A DNA stretch of 64,000 nucleotides, taken from IMG/VR virus record IMGVR_UViG_2681812969_000001, positions 4,448-68,447 of that record. One strand, written 5' to 3'. The position numbers were made by a program, and so were the translations under genes. A model generated the notes under the pieces. It was not told the DNA's origin. It did no database searches and saw only the letters and a program-made list of their open reading frames with translations. Shown here one piece after another: positions 27,034 through 36,304 of this stretch. This DNA is from a virus. Position 1 is the first letter of the stretch. Every line of letters starts with the position of its first letter.

Positions 27034-27867
27034 TTAGGTGATGTACGCGTACTCGCGCAGCAGCCGGACAGCGTCGTCACGGCTCGTGGCGGACGCGAGG
27101 ATCGACTCAGGCATCAGCCGCGCCCCGCGCACACCGGAACGCCCAGCAACACCAGCTCGCGACGTTCCTTCGGACGTCACCAGCACGGAACGCGCACTAA
27201 CCTGTGCAGTCGACATGCCGCGGCGCGCGTTCACGACCTGCCCCATGTCCGCACCCAGCCGGATCGCCTCAGCCCCGGCCTTCCCGAACGTAGCGTCCTG
27301 CTCCGCCCCGGTCAGCGAGTCGAAGTACTCCCGCGGGTCCGTCCGGAAATCCCCGGCCGCGTCCTCCATCGCCGGGATATGCCGGCACGCGCACCGCGGG
27401 TGACGTTGGAAACCGTCGCTCCACCGGTACCAGCGGCCAGCGAGGATCACACACCGGCCGCACGCGCCAGGGTTGACCATCCGCACATACCCGGTCACCT
27501 GCGGGTGCGTCCCAAGTGACACAGCCGCGGCCTGCCGGGCAACGTCCTGCAACTGGGTCTCGACGATCATGTCGAACTGCGCCGCAGTCGCCGCCAACTG
27601 CAGCAGCGACCCTAGGTCACGGCCGTCTGACGCGACCCCAACCAGCGCCTCCGGGCGAACCTCCGCGGCGGGGGAGGGGTCGATGCCCTGCTCGGCGAGC
27701 ATCGCCTCGAACGCCGCTAACGTCTCGGTCGCCGCCGCCAACTGCAGCCCGATCATGATCGCCAACAGCCGGTCAGGTGATTCATCACGTACCCGGCGCG
27801 CCGCGAGCAGACCAAGCGCCGTGATCCGCGCCTGCGTCGCGTAATGCTCAACCGCCGACGACAGCAC
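27034..27867 (-). CDS. MuF-like minor head / capsid maturation protein
   Basis: GYVRM..ACGRCVILAG..FQRHPRCACRHIP. Confidence 0.82.
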   Translation of the reverse strand: MLSSAVEHYATQARITALGLLAARRVRDESPDRLLAIMIGLQLAAATETLAAFEAMLAEQGIDPSPAAEVRPEALVGVASDGRDLGSLLQLAATAAQFDMIVETQLQDVARQAAAVSLGTHPQVTGYVRMVNPGACGRCVILAGRWYRWSDGFQRHPRCACRHIPAMEDAAGDFRTDPREYFDSLTGAEQDATFGKAGAEAIRLGADMGQVVNARRGMSTAQVSARSVLVTSEGTSRAGVAGRSGVRGARLMPESILASATSRDDAVRLLREYAYIT

Positions 27868-29248
27868 CCGCCACCGGCCGCTCGAGCTGGGTTTGCGTGG
27901 CGGCCTGCGTCACGCCAGCCATGATCCGCTCAATCGCCGGGTCCTGCGCCTCAGCCGCCAGATACGCCCGCTCACGGTCCTTCCGGGCCTCGTCCCAGCC
28001 GAGTTCGTCCCACACGCCCTCACGGGAGATCAGGCCCTGCGAGTTCAGCTTCATCATCGCGTCGGCCCGCTCCGACAGGGTCGGGGTCGCGGGGTTCTCC
28101 CAGAGTGTGCGGATCTCGTTCGACTGCAGCCACTCACCGGTGCGGAACCGCTCATACAGGGCCATGACCCACGCCCACGCGTCGCCGTCGTTCGCGTTCA
28201 TCGCCTCGACGTTCATCACGAGCCGTGATTCGTCCGCGCGGATCGCGCCCTCAGCGGCCGGGTTCACCGACTGCTGCCCTGCGTACCGGGTCGGGAGCCC
28301 AAGCACCGCGGCGCACCAGGCGAGCATGTTGTTCACCGACGCGTGGAAGTTGTCCAGCGACGACGCGGTGAACTGCCCGAACTTCGCGTTCTGGTTCGCG
28401 GTCGCCTTGATCGCCGTGAAGTACGTCTCCCACGTCGGCAGCGGCTTCCCGTCATCACCGACGAAATCACCGCGGGACACGCCGATCGCCCACTTGTCCG
28501 GCACCGCGTGCGTCTCCGACGCGACGAGCATGTTCGTGATCAGCCGCGCGATGCCGTCCGTCATGCCGATCACATCGGCCATCTCCGACGTGCCGTCCCA
28601 CCGGCCCGCGCGAGGCCGGTTCAGCAGCATCACCACCGGCACCTGCCCCAGGCGGTGCTCATCGACGTCCTCCACGACGTAGCCGCCCTCACGCAGCGAC
28701 AGCCACACCGTCCGCTCCGGCAGATACAGGGTCTCCAGCGCGTCCAGTGACAGCGCGTCACGCCGCCACTTCCGCAACGCCCCCACCATCCGACGCCGCC
28801 GGTTGTCGACCAGGCACGTCATCTGCCGCGGATCCTCAACCGTCACCAGCGGATGCTCAGGGTCGTCCTCGTTCGTCCCGACCGTCACGAACGTCCGCCC
28901 GAACACGCCACGATCCTTCGCCGCGAGCGGAGCCTGCGAATCGAGGTTGTTCGCCTCCCACGCCTCCCGCAACACCGCATCAGCGTCCGCCGACCCGCGC
29001 CGCTGAAACGCCCTCACCTTCTGCCTGCGGGTCGGCTCATCAACAGCCATCCGCGGCACATTCACCACAGTCTCGAACGACCGCAGTAGCTCATCCGGCG
29101 CGACAATCCCCATGTGCTGCAGACGCTGACGGCCCTCATAGTAGGAGTCCAGCCGGTCCAGCCCGCCGCGTTGACGACCCAGATTCCCCGACATGCGCGA
29201 CACGATGACCTGCTCGTCATCAGAGAGTTTCGAGGCGCGCAGCAGCAC
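27848..29248 (-). CDS. Portal protein (SPP1 gp6-like)
   Basis: 466 aa; YYEG.Q, WEANNLD, H.LG.VPVV..NR..G.SE, W..PATPT. Confidence 0.93.
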   Translation of the reverse strand: MLLRASKLSDDEQVIVSRMSGNLGRQRGGLDRLDSYYEGRQRLQHMGIVAPDELLRSFETVVNVPRMAVDEPTRRQKVRAFQRRGSADADAVLREAWEANNLDSQAPLAAKDRGVFGRTFVTVGTNEDDPEHPLVTVEDPRQMTCLVDNRRRRMVGALRKWRRDALSLDALETLYLPERTVWLSLREGGYVVEDVDEHRLGQVPVVMLLNRPRAGRWDGTSEMADVIGMTDGIARLITNMLVASETHAVPDKWAIGVSRGDFVGDDGKPLPTWETYFTAIKATANQNAKFGQFTASSLDNFHASVNNMLAWCAAVLGLPTRYAGQQSVNPAAEGAIRADESRLVMNVEAMNANDGDAWAWVMALYERFRTGEWLQSNEIRTLWENPATPTLSERADAMMKLNSQGLISREGVWDELGWDEARKDRERAYLAAEAQDPAIERIMAGVTQAATQTQLERPVAGAVVGG

Positions 29249-29268
29249 GAGACAGGCGCCCCTCTCGG

Positions 29269-29874
29269 TTATCGGAAACAGAACACCCGCGTGTCCGGTA
29301 TCTCACTGGTCCATCCGGCAGCCCGCGCATCCGCGGCAGCCTTATGACACACCGCCGCGGCCATCGCAGCGTCGATCTTCTGCGTCTGCGACGGCTTCCC
29401 CAAAATGTACCGGTCACCAGGCCGGGCCAGCCTGCGAGCGTTCCCAACATGCAACCCAGTGACCGGGCACCCGTCGTGCCGCAACGCCCCAGTCCCCAGA
29501 TCCGTCACGAACCGCTCCAACGCCGCATGCATCGGCGGAACCCGATACGTCGGCCACTCCACGAACACCTCGTCGCCGAATTTCCGCGCCCACGACGCGA
29601 TCTCCGACTGCCACAACGGAGGGTCGCAGTACACCCGCTCAAGACGGTACGTGCGGGCGATCTCGTCCCACGCCGCGTGCACCTCGTCACGGGGGGTGCG
29701 GCCACCCCACTCCGCCGGATTCCAGATCGTCGGCCGCGCATCCGGCCCATACCTCGGGGTGAACAACAGCCCGTCGATCGTCTCCAACTTGATCGCCGTC
29801 CAGTCGTCCGTCTGCGCGCCGTCGAACCCGCCACACACCGACGCCCCAGACGGGGGAGGATCAACCCACCTCAT
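29269..29874 (-). CDS. Terminase large subunit, nuclease domain (separate ORF)
   Basis: GFDG..DDWTAI, YCDP..W, KIDAAMAA RNase H-like terminase motifs; ATG at 29874 overlaps the end of the ATPase ORF. Confidence 0.85.
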   Translation of the reverse strand: MRWVDPPPSGASVCGGFDGAQTDDWTAIKLETIDGLLFTPRYGPDARPTIWNPAEWGGRTPRDEVHAAWDEIARTYRLERVYCDPPLWQSEIASWARKFGDEVFVEWPTYRVPPMHAALERFVTDLGTGALRHDGCPVTGLHVGNARRLARPGDRYILGKPSQTQKIDAAMAAAVCHKAAADARAAGWTSEIPDTRVFCFR

Positions 29875-31921
29875 GACCCGCCCACGCGGACTCCCACACA
29901 CCTTCAGGCAGCCACGACCCCGCGCCCTGCACCACCCGGTTACCGAAGAACCGCTCAGCCTGCGCCGGATCATGCACCATCAGCTCATCAGCCTCAGCCA
30001 TGATCGAATCCACCGACACATGCGGCGAATCCCGATACGCGAACTCGATGATCCGCCGCCGCTGCCGCCGATCCATCCACGACAACTCCGCCGGCGGCAC
30101 CGGGTAGAAGATGAACACATCATCCGGGTTCGTCTCGAACGCCCGCTGCGCCGACGAATCCTCCGCAGGATTCCACGGGTTCGTCGTGCACATCCCACGA
30201 CCACCCATGCCGGCCGCGCCACGACGCATCGTGTCCGCCGTCTTGATCATCCCATTGCTCGCAGTGTACGTGCCGTGCTCGTCCTGCACGAACGCTGAAA
30301 TCGGGTTACCAAGCCGGGACAGCGCCGCCGACGTCACCGCGTCAATCCGGTCCAGCTCCGGGTCGTCCGGATTCTCACCCACGACCCGAATGAACTCCTC
30401 GCGCGGCAACAACAGATTCCGCAGCGGAGAGTCGTTGAAACGGACCATCGTCGTCAACGGCCGCCAAATGTTGTCCACCTGATCCTGCGACGTCGCCAAC
30501 ACCTGCACCAACGGCGACGGATGCCGCCGACCCATCGGCTCACCCGGCTCATACTCCCAATACCAGCCGCACGGGCAGCCATGGTCCGCGCAATCCCACA
30601 CGTCACCACGCTTCGCCCACCCAGCGAACAACTCCGGCCCAACAGCCATCACCGCGACGTAACACGCCGACATCGGGCCCTTGCCGGTGTTGCAGGTGGG
30701 GATGAACTCCCGGCCAGCTAGGAACACGTGCGAGTCCGCCTCGACGGTGATGCACTGCGTCGGTACCGTCTCAATGCGGTCGACAGCGACAATCCGCCGA
30801 TGCTGGAACTGACCGTGCCCGCGCCCCGGAGGCTTCAACCGCTGCTGCTTACGCGGCAACGAGAACACCGGCATGTCAGAACGCGCCGCGAACGCAATCC
30901 GCCACTTCGGGCCAGTCGCTACCCCATTCAACGTGGCAACGCCCTCGTAGCAACGGACCTTGACGCCCAGCGACCACAACAACGCTGTCACGCCGTCCCT
31001 CAACGCCGGCAGAGTCGTCGTGAACTCGCACTTCCCCTGGCGCTCATCCGCGTAGCCGTCGGTATCCATCAGGCCCTGCAGCAACTCCCACCGCTGCCGC
31101 TCGGACGCCCACAGGTACCGCTCCGGTATGTGCTTGTTGCCGAGCACGCCCGCGCCTCGCAGTAACACCATCAGGCCGTGCACCTGCCGGCGCTTCTGGA
31201 CCGACGTGCGCGTCACCCGGAAACCGTCAGCCGCGATGCGGTCGAACACCTCATCGTCGACACCGACGACCCGACCATCAGCACGGCACCCGTCACCAAG
31301 CCACGCGCCCAGCGTGTACGGCGGAACAGGCAACTCCGCATCCGGCAACTGCACCGGCTTCGCGTTCGGCACCCGATACCGGTGAGCACCGCCGCCGTCG
31401 CGGAGGTTCCCAACCAAGTCCTCCGTGCGGACCCGCTCGATCTTCACACCACGACGAGACCGACGCTCAACCCACCACTGGTGATCCTTGCAAGCGACGA
31501 GCGACGAACCATCAGAGAACGCCACCCGGTACGTGTCCGAGCGCCACACCGGAGACTTCGACAACACGCGCGTCGGCCGACCCGACTCATCAAACACGAA
31601 CGCACCGACAGGAACATCACCGATCGTCGACCACCCATCGGTAGTCGCAACCGGCGTGTCCAACGCGAGAGCCTTCTGGGCCATCACGACCTCAGACCGG
31701 CGGTACGTGAACGCCTGATTCAGCGGCGGATCATCCGGGTCATACGTCGCGTCCTCACGCACCCGGTAGTGATTCGCACCAACCCAGAACTGCCAGTCGT
31801 ACTGCTTGAACGGCCGCCGCCGCTTGAACCCATCCGGGATGCGGCAATGCTGCTCGATCCAGCCGTCTACCAGATCCCCGAGAGTTGGGAAATCGACTGC
31901 GCCGACACGATCACTGTGCAT
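29861..31921 (-). CDS. Terminase large subunit, ATPase domain, intein-containing
   Basis: FPTLG, Walker A AQK/TGKG interrupted by an intein, ATSQDQV.N, Walker B FVQDE, TTN coupling motif. Confidence 0.9.
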   Translation of the reverse strand: MHSDRVGAVDFPTLGDLVDGWIEQHCRIPDGFKRRRPFKQYDWQFWVGANHYRVREDATYDPDDPPLNQAFTYRRSEVVMAQKALALDTPVATTDGWSTIGDVPVGAFVFDESGRPTRVLSKSPVWRSDTYRVAFSDGSSLVACKDHQWWVERRSRRGVKIERVRTEDLVGNLRDGGGAHRYRVPNAKPVQLPDAELPVPPYTLGAWLGDGCRADGRVVGVDDEVFDRIAADGFRVTRTSVQKRRQVHGLMVLLRGAGVLGNKHIPERYLWASERQRWELLQGLMDTDGYADERQGKCEFTTTLPALRDGVTALLWSLGVKVRCYEGVATLNGVATGPKWRIAFAARSDMPVFSLPRKQQRLKPPGRGHGQFQHRRIVAVDRIETVPTQCITVEADSHVFLAGREFIPTCNTGKGPMSACYVAVMAVGPELFAGWAKRGDVWDCADHGCPCGWYWEYEPGEPMGRRHPSPLVQVLATSQDQVDNIWRPLTTMVRFNDSPLRNLLLPREEFIRVVGENPDDPELDRIDAVTSAALSRLGNPISAFVQDEHGTYTASNGMIKTADTMRRGAAGMGGRGMCTTNPWNPAEDSSAQRAFETNPDDVFIFYPVPPAELSWMDRRQRRRIIEFAYRDSPHVSVDSIMAEADELMVHDPAQAERFFGNRVVQGAGSWLPEGVWESAWAGHEVG
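30689..31672 (-). mobile_element. Class 3 intein with LAGLIDADG homing endonuclease (328 aa)
   Basis: Starts at Ala (ALALDTPV); block B DHQW, block F TQCITV, ends IPTCN|T; LGAWLGDG and LQGLMDTDG endonuclease motifs. Confidence 0.9.
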
Positions 31922-32375
31922 CGCCCGCCGCACGCAGACGCCGCTCACGCTTCACCGGATCCACCGCCGGCCGCTGCGAACGCTGCGCCGCGACCTCATC
32001 GACCGCGACCTTCCAACCCATCTCCGCGAGACCAGCCGTCGTCAACCCAACCTGATCCGCCAGCCGATGCAACTGCGCGAACAGCGACGCCGGAGCGTCC
32101 GCATCCTCACACCGCACCGACACCCGCACCCACAACGCAACCGTCCGCGCACGCCACGACTCCGAAGGGAGCGACCACGCACACGCCTGCGGCGTCCGCC
32201 ACGCCCACTCCCACACCTCAAGCTCCCGCTCGAGCGGAACCGGCAACGGCCAATCCGGAACCGGACCCCGGAATCCCTCAGCAGGAAGCGCCGTCAGCGT
32301 GAAACCGCGGGCATCAGACCGCGCAGAACCCTCCACGGGCTTGTGATTTCGGTTGCGGCGACCGCCACTCGTCAT
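31911..32375 (-). CDS. Terminase small subunit
   Basis: MTSGG.RNR..LPAEG..P.WPL..W..AWRTPQA.AW..Q.GLT.AG. Confidence 0.85.
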   Translation of the reverse strand: MTSGGRRNRNHKPVEGSARSDARGFTLTALPAEGFRGPVPDWPLPVPLERELEVWEWAWRTPQACAWSLPSESWRARTVALWVRVSVRCEDADAPASLFAQLHRLADQVGLTTAGLAEMGWKVAVDEVAAQRSQRPAVDPVKRERRLRAAGDAQ

Positions 32376-32524
32376 GATCTAACTCCCTCAGCGGCATCGC
32401 ACCGCGATCAGGTCACCGAGAGGCATCGCGCCCCCCAGCCAGAAATGTTTGCGCCCTCCGCACATCGGAGAGCCCTCGGCCCAGGAGGGGGCCCTGGGGC
32501 GGGCTCGGGGTGGCCCCCACCCCT

Positions 32525-32824
32525 TCACCGGTTTCGGTTGGCGGCTCCGATGTTGCAGTCGGGATGCTCGGGTCCGGTCCACCCGGTTTGGCTGTCGGTG
32601 TGGCCGAGATGCCAGTTACCGGGGTCGATCGGGTTTCCGCATCGCCAGCAGGAGAATCGCTCTCCGGCGTTCATGCGGTTCTGGTACTCGGCTCTGAGTC
32701 TGCGGTGTGTGTGCCCGTAGCCGCGTGCCTCTCGGCTTCCTCGTTCTTGGTCCTTGGCTCGGGTGCAGGCTGGGCAGCGTGAGCCGTTGGGGATGAGGCG
32801 CGGGCAGTCGAGGCAGACTCTCAC
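32525..32824 (-). CDS. HNH-like endonuclease (packaging associated)
   Basis: CxxC..CxxC..RGYG..H..CWRCG..WHLGH..GPEH..CN; directly upstream of the terminase. Confidence 0.8.
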   Translation of the reverse strand: MRVCLDCPRLIPNGSRCPACTRAKDQERGSREARGYGHTHRRLRAEYQNRMNAGERFSCWRCGNPIDPGNWHLGHTDSQTGWTGPEHPDCNIGAANRNR

Positions 32825-33459
32825 GCGGGTTGGAGTGCGTCGCCTTGCTGTGCGAGCAACTCGGCGAGGGTGTCCCAGGTCATGCGGAACCGGCCTTTGA
32901 GGCCCCAGGCTGTGCCCCAGGAGTTCTGGCAGAGGATCGTCTTGCTGCGGAGGTCGACGCCGACGGCTAGGTACTCGTGTCCGCCGACGACCTGGCCTGT
33001 GGGTTGCACGAGGCCGGCTGTGTTGGGTCGCATCATGTCGGTGGTCCAGTTGGTGCCGAGCATGACGGGACCGAGGGAGAGTGCGGCGAGGGTGTGGTCG
33101 AGGCCGAAGCACCACCGGTATGCGGTGATGTGGGCGGCTTCGCGTGCGGCTTTGGCGACGGCGAGGCCGGATGATCCGTCGTCGTCGGGCGGGTACGTTT
33201 CGGGCCACTGGTCGAGGTGGGTGGCGCGGGAGTAGAGGCGCATCGCATCCGCGTGGTTCAGGAGGCGGGCGCCAGTCTTGTGGACGGGGCGGCTGTTGAT
33301 CGCGTGGGCCATGGCGTGACCCGTGCATCCATTTGAGTTGCCCTGGTCGAGGGTGGCGCCGTAGCGGCGCCACGTCACGGTGCGCACCGGGCCTGCAGCG
33401 GCGGGGTAGTTCAGGGACCTGCGGTCGTGCTCTACCCGGCGCCCGAGACGTGGGGTCAT
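32821..33459 (-). CDS. Papain-like (C1A) cysteine peptidase
   Basis: DQG...GCTG (catalytic Gln/Cys), GGHE (His), QNSWG..WG..G (Asn). Confidence 0.85.
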   Translation of the reverse strand: MTPRLGRRVEHDRRSLNYPAAAGPVRTVTWRRYGATLDQGNSNGCTGHAMAHAINSRPVHKTGARLLNHADAMRLYSRATHLDQWPETYPPDDDGSSGLAVAKAAREAAHITAYRWCFGLDHTLAALSLGPVMLGTNWTTDMMRPNTAGLVQPTGQVVGGHEYLAVGVDLRSKTILCQNSWGTAWGLKGRFRMTWDTLAELLAQQGDALQPA

Positions 33460-33644
33460 TCGCAGTCCGTCCCTGCTCGTCCAGCGTCGAGGGAGTCACG
33501 CAGGATCTGGGCTCGGGCGACGTCGATGATCCCGAGGTGCACGGCGGGGCCGGAGTCGCCTTCCCAGTCGACGGTGATCTTCTCGAACCCGGTTGGGTGG
33601 GTGACGCGGCGGATGGTGATCACATCGGTCACGGTGCCGTCCAT
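33456..33644 (-). CDS. Small hypothetical protein
   Basis: 62 aa; GGAGGAG RBS; ATGA overlap with the peptidase gene. Confidence 0.6.
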   Translation of the reverse strand: MDGTVTDVITIRRVTHPTGFEKITVDWEGDSGPAVHLGIIDVARAQILRDSLDAGRAGTDCE

Positions 33645-33901
33645 GCCGCTCCTCCCTAGTCGGGTTGCAGCGTGGCGTGACGCTCCAACTCGGGGCTGGC
33701 TGCACTTGGAACGTGGCTGTCAGCCTTGCTGCTGCCTGGGCTCAGCTGGCGCCCGTGGGGGGGAGTGTGTGTGCCCGCCGCGAGCTGCGAGGGGTGGGCG
33801 GCTCCGCGGGCTCTCACCTGGCTAGCCCCGCGCTTGGTTGGGGAACCGTGCTGGGCTGGGTGAGGCGCGTCGGCGCGTGTGTGGACGCGCGCGGCGCGCG
33901 A

Positions 33902-34378
33902 TCATGCCGGGGTGTCGCCCGGCTGTTCGGGGAAGTCGGGGGCGGGGACGGGCTCGCCGGGGGTCTCGGTCGCCGTGTCGTTCGGCGGGACGGTCGGCTC
34001 CGGCTCCGGGGTGGGCTCGGGGGTGGGGTCCGCCGACGGCGGCTCCTCCGGGCTCGGCTCCGGGCTCGGCTCCGGCTGCACGTCGTTGGCGTCGAGGCTG
34101 TCGGACATCGCGTTCACCCGCGCCACCGCACCATCCAGCTCAGCGACCTTCTCCTGAAGCTGCGTCTTCGCGGCCTCGTTGTCGGTCTGCAACGCGTCGA
34201 TCTGCGCGAGCAGGTCGGTCTGGATGTCGCGGATCTCCTTCGCGACCGCCTCCGCGAGCCTGTCAAGGGCATCCGTCATAGCGGACATGTGGGTCTCCAT
34301 CCGTGAGGCGATGTGCACCAGAAGCTGCCGCTCCGTGGCCTGGCTGAGGGGGATCGTCAACGTGTGCTGATTCGCCAC
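33902..34378 (-). CDS. Coiled-coil protein with Pro/Glu-rich tail
   Basis: GAGGAGG RBS; heptad-like helix followed by PEPSPEP repeats. Confidence 0.65.
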   Translation of the reverse strand: MANQHTLTIPLSQATERQLLVHIASRMETHMSAMTDALDRLAEAVAKEIRDIQTDLLAQIDALQTDNEAAKTQLQEKVAELDGAVARVNAMSDSLDANDVQPEPSPEPSPEEPPSADPTPEPTPEPEPTVPPNDTATETPGEPVPAPDFPEQPGDTPA

Positions 34379-34400
34379 GCGCGGGCCTCCTCGGGTTTGG

Positions 34401-34557
34401 GTTGGCGGGTGCAGGTGCGCCGCTACAGGCCTTCAGGATCCGCGCGTCCCCGTGCGGGTTTTGGTTGGCCCAGTCGCCCTTCACCGGTCGATATGCGGAA
34501 GCAACCCGACGAGCTGTGATCACACGGGGACGGCTTCCGGTGTTGACACCCGCCAAC
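34401..34557 (-). ncRNA. Putative structured RNA / leader
   Basis: Nested inverted repeats of 11 bp and 10 bp plus competing 7-bp and 6-bp helices in intergenic DNA. Confidence 0.35.
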
Positions 34558-34578
34558 GGTCCTTGGGGTGGGCATGCG

Positions 34579-34605
34579 AAAAGCCCCCGACGCTGGGTCG
34601 GGGGC
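34579..34605 (-). terminator. Intrinsic terminator
   Basis: Minus strand GCCCCCGAC-CCAGC-GTCGGGGGC-TTTT, just after the stop at 34614. Confidence 0.75.
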
Positions 34606-34613
34606 CTCCTTAG

Positions 34614-35621
34614 TCACGTGTCCACTCGTACCGATGATCTGTCAAGTACCCCGGATGTGTCAACGGTCTGCAACAGTCGGTGTGTCGCGGCCTGATTCTT
34701 CGCCGCGGACTTCCACCCGGTGCGCTGCCACTCCGCCGGCGGGACACGATGCCCATGGTTGAGGTCGCACACGAGGTCGGGGACGTATTGCAGGTCGGGG
34801 TGGATGGTGGCGGTCATGCCGCCGGGGCACGGGACGAACCTGGTCCCGTCGGGCCATTCGCCGTCGTCGTCTGGTTCGGGCATCGTGCCGTCGTCGTGGG
34901 GGACGGGGCACAGCTTCGAGCAGCGCAGGGGGAGACGGATGGTCTTGGTACCGACGGGGTAAGCGGCGGCGCGCACGTCACGCCACGCGTCCGCCACATC
35001 ACCGACGTAGGAGGCGGCGACGCCCTGGTCGGGGTGGGCGCACAGCCACGGCGTCTGCGACCGCGCCAACCACCTCGCCAGGCTCGAGGGTGACGCGGCC
35101 GGGGGAGTGTGCCCGCGCTCCGCGATCACCAGCCGCGAGTAAAACGCGACCAGCTCGGCCGCGGCGTGCGCGGTACCCGACACCCGCTCGTCCAAGTCGA
35201 TCCCGGTCGAGCCGCCACCGGTGACGGGCTCGCTGCCCCACGGCGACCGCAGCGCGGTGAGACGCTTCTGCAGATCAGGCCACGCCGCCGCCAGCGCGTC
35301 GAGGTTCTCCCGCGCCCGGTCCTCACAGACCGGGCACACGTGGGACCGTCCGCCGGTTTCGCGGGGGCCGCCGTGCTCGTCGGGGCGGCACCGGCCGGAC
35401 GCGCACAACACCGGATACTCCACCCGCACCGACGAGGCCGGTGCCGGTTCGGCTCGGCGGACCGGGACCTCGGGGTCACGCACCACCCGCAACCGCGGCG
35501 GCCGAGCAGGCGTGGGGGCGACGTCAATCGACGGCACCCCGCCATGCCCCGCGCAATGCGCACACATCGACGCCGGCAGATCAGACCGTTCGCAGCGCTT
35601 CTCAACAGACACGACCGTCAC
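34614..35621 (-). CDS. Cys-rich hypothetical phage protein (possible late regulator)
   Basis: Several CxxC pairs; last gene before the late operon. Regulator role inferred from position only. Confidence 0.6.
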   Translation of the reverse strand: MTVVSVEKRCERSDLPASMCAHCAGHGGVPSIDVAPTPARPPRLRVVRDPEVPVRRAEPAPASSVRVEYPVLCASGRCRPDEHGGPRETGGRSHVCPVCEDRARENLDALAAAWPDLQKRLTALRSPWGSEPVTGGGSTGIDLDERVSGTAHAAAELVAFYSRLVIAERGHTPPAASPSSLARWLARSQTPWLCAHPDQGVAASYVGDVADAWRDVRAAAYPVGTKTIRLPLRCSKLCPVPHDDGTMPEPDDDGEWPDGTRFVPCPGGMTATIHPDLQYVPDLVCDLNHGHRVPPAEWQRTGWKSAAKNQAATHRLLQTVDTSGVLDRSSVRVDT

Positions 35622-35728
35622 ACGGGTTCCCTTCACGCAAGAATCAGGATCCCCGACAGCCCGGACACACGGCGTTCCCCCGCCGCTGACCAGCATAAAC
35701 GACCAGGGAGTGAACGCCCGTAAACACG

Positions 35729-35757
35729 AAAAGGCCCCCCGCACACGGCGGGGGGCC
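35729..35757 (-). terminator. Intrinsic terminator
   Basis: Minus strand GGCCCCCCGC-CGTGT-GCGGGGGGCC-TTTT after the stop at 35768. Confidence 0.75.
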
Positions 35758-35767
35758 AAATCGCAGG

Positions 35768-36220
35768 TCACGGCTCGTCGTAGCTGTCGCCGTAGAACGG
35801 AGGGACTCCGGCGCGCAGGAACGCGATGATCTCCTCACGGCCAGATTCAGACAAACCCCACCTTTCGGAATGGATGCAGTACCTGATACCGGAGAGAAGC
35901 TGCTCAAGCGTCGGCCGAGGGTCAGGCACCGGGTTCGTCCAAACGCGGATCTGGCTCAGTAGGTCAGACGTCATATTGGCAGCACGGAAGTAGTCGCGCT
36001 CAGTCCAGAGCCAACAGAGAACATCCCCGAATGAGTCGCCAGGGTGCATGAAGCCCGGGTGGTACTCGTCAGCCTCATGTAGGTCGCGCAGGATGAACTT
36101 CGCCGCTTCGTACGCGACGCAGTGGATCATCCAGTTCAGAACCTTATCCGGCGGGGCGGGAAGCGGGTCGTCCCTGTTCCCAGTGAACGGGAACGGGAGG
36201 CGGGTACCTGACATGTGCAT
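35768..36220 (-). CDS. Hypothetical protein (lower GC, moron-like)
   Basis: CAGGAG RBS before ATG 36220; followed by its own terminator. Confidence 0.6.
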   Translation of the reverse strand: MHMSGTRLPFPFTGNRDDPLPAPPDKVLNWMIHCVAYEAAKFILRDLHEADEYHPGFMHPGDSFGDVLCWLWTERDYFRAANMTSDLLSQIRVWTNPVPDPRPTLEQLLSGIRYCIHSERWGLSESGREEIIAFLRAGVPPFYGDSYDEP

Positions 36221-36304
36221 TCGTCTCCTGTCGTTGCGTTGGGGGAGGCCCCGTTTGGGCCGTAATGACATAATCTCCGTTATCGGCGTTCCGCCGAGAG
36301 GGGC

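Noticed and set aside
33650..33900. Intergenic region with several short possible stems
   Set aside because: Stems are only 6-7 bp in ~72% GC DNA; no tRNA cloverleaf or known motif; not distinguishable from chance by eye.
34445..34540. HDV-like ribozyme reading of the pseudoknot
   Set aside because: P1/P2 order fits, but no convincing P3/L3, P1.1 or J4/2 catalytic C motif; kept only as an unassigned structured RNA.
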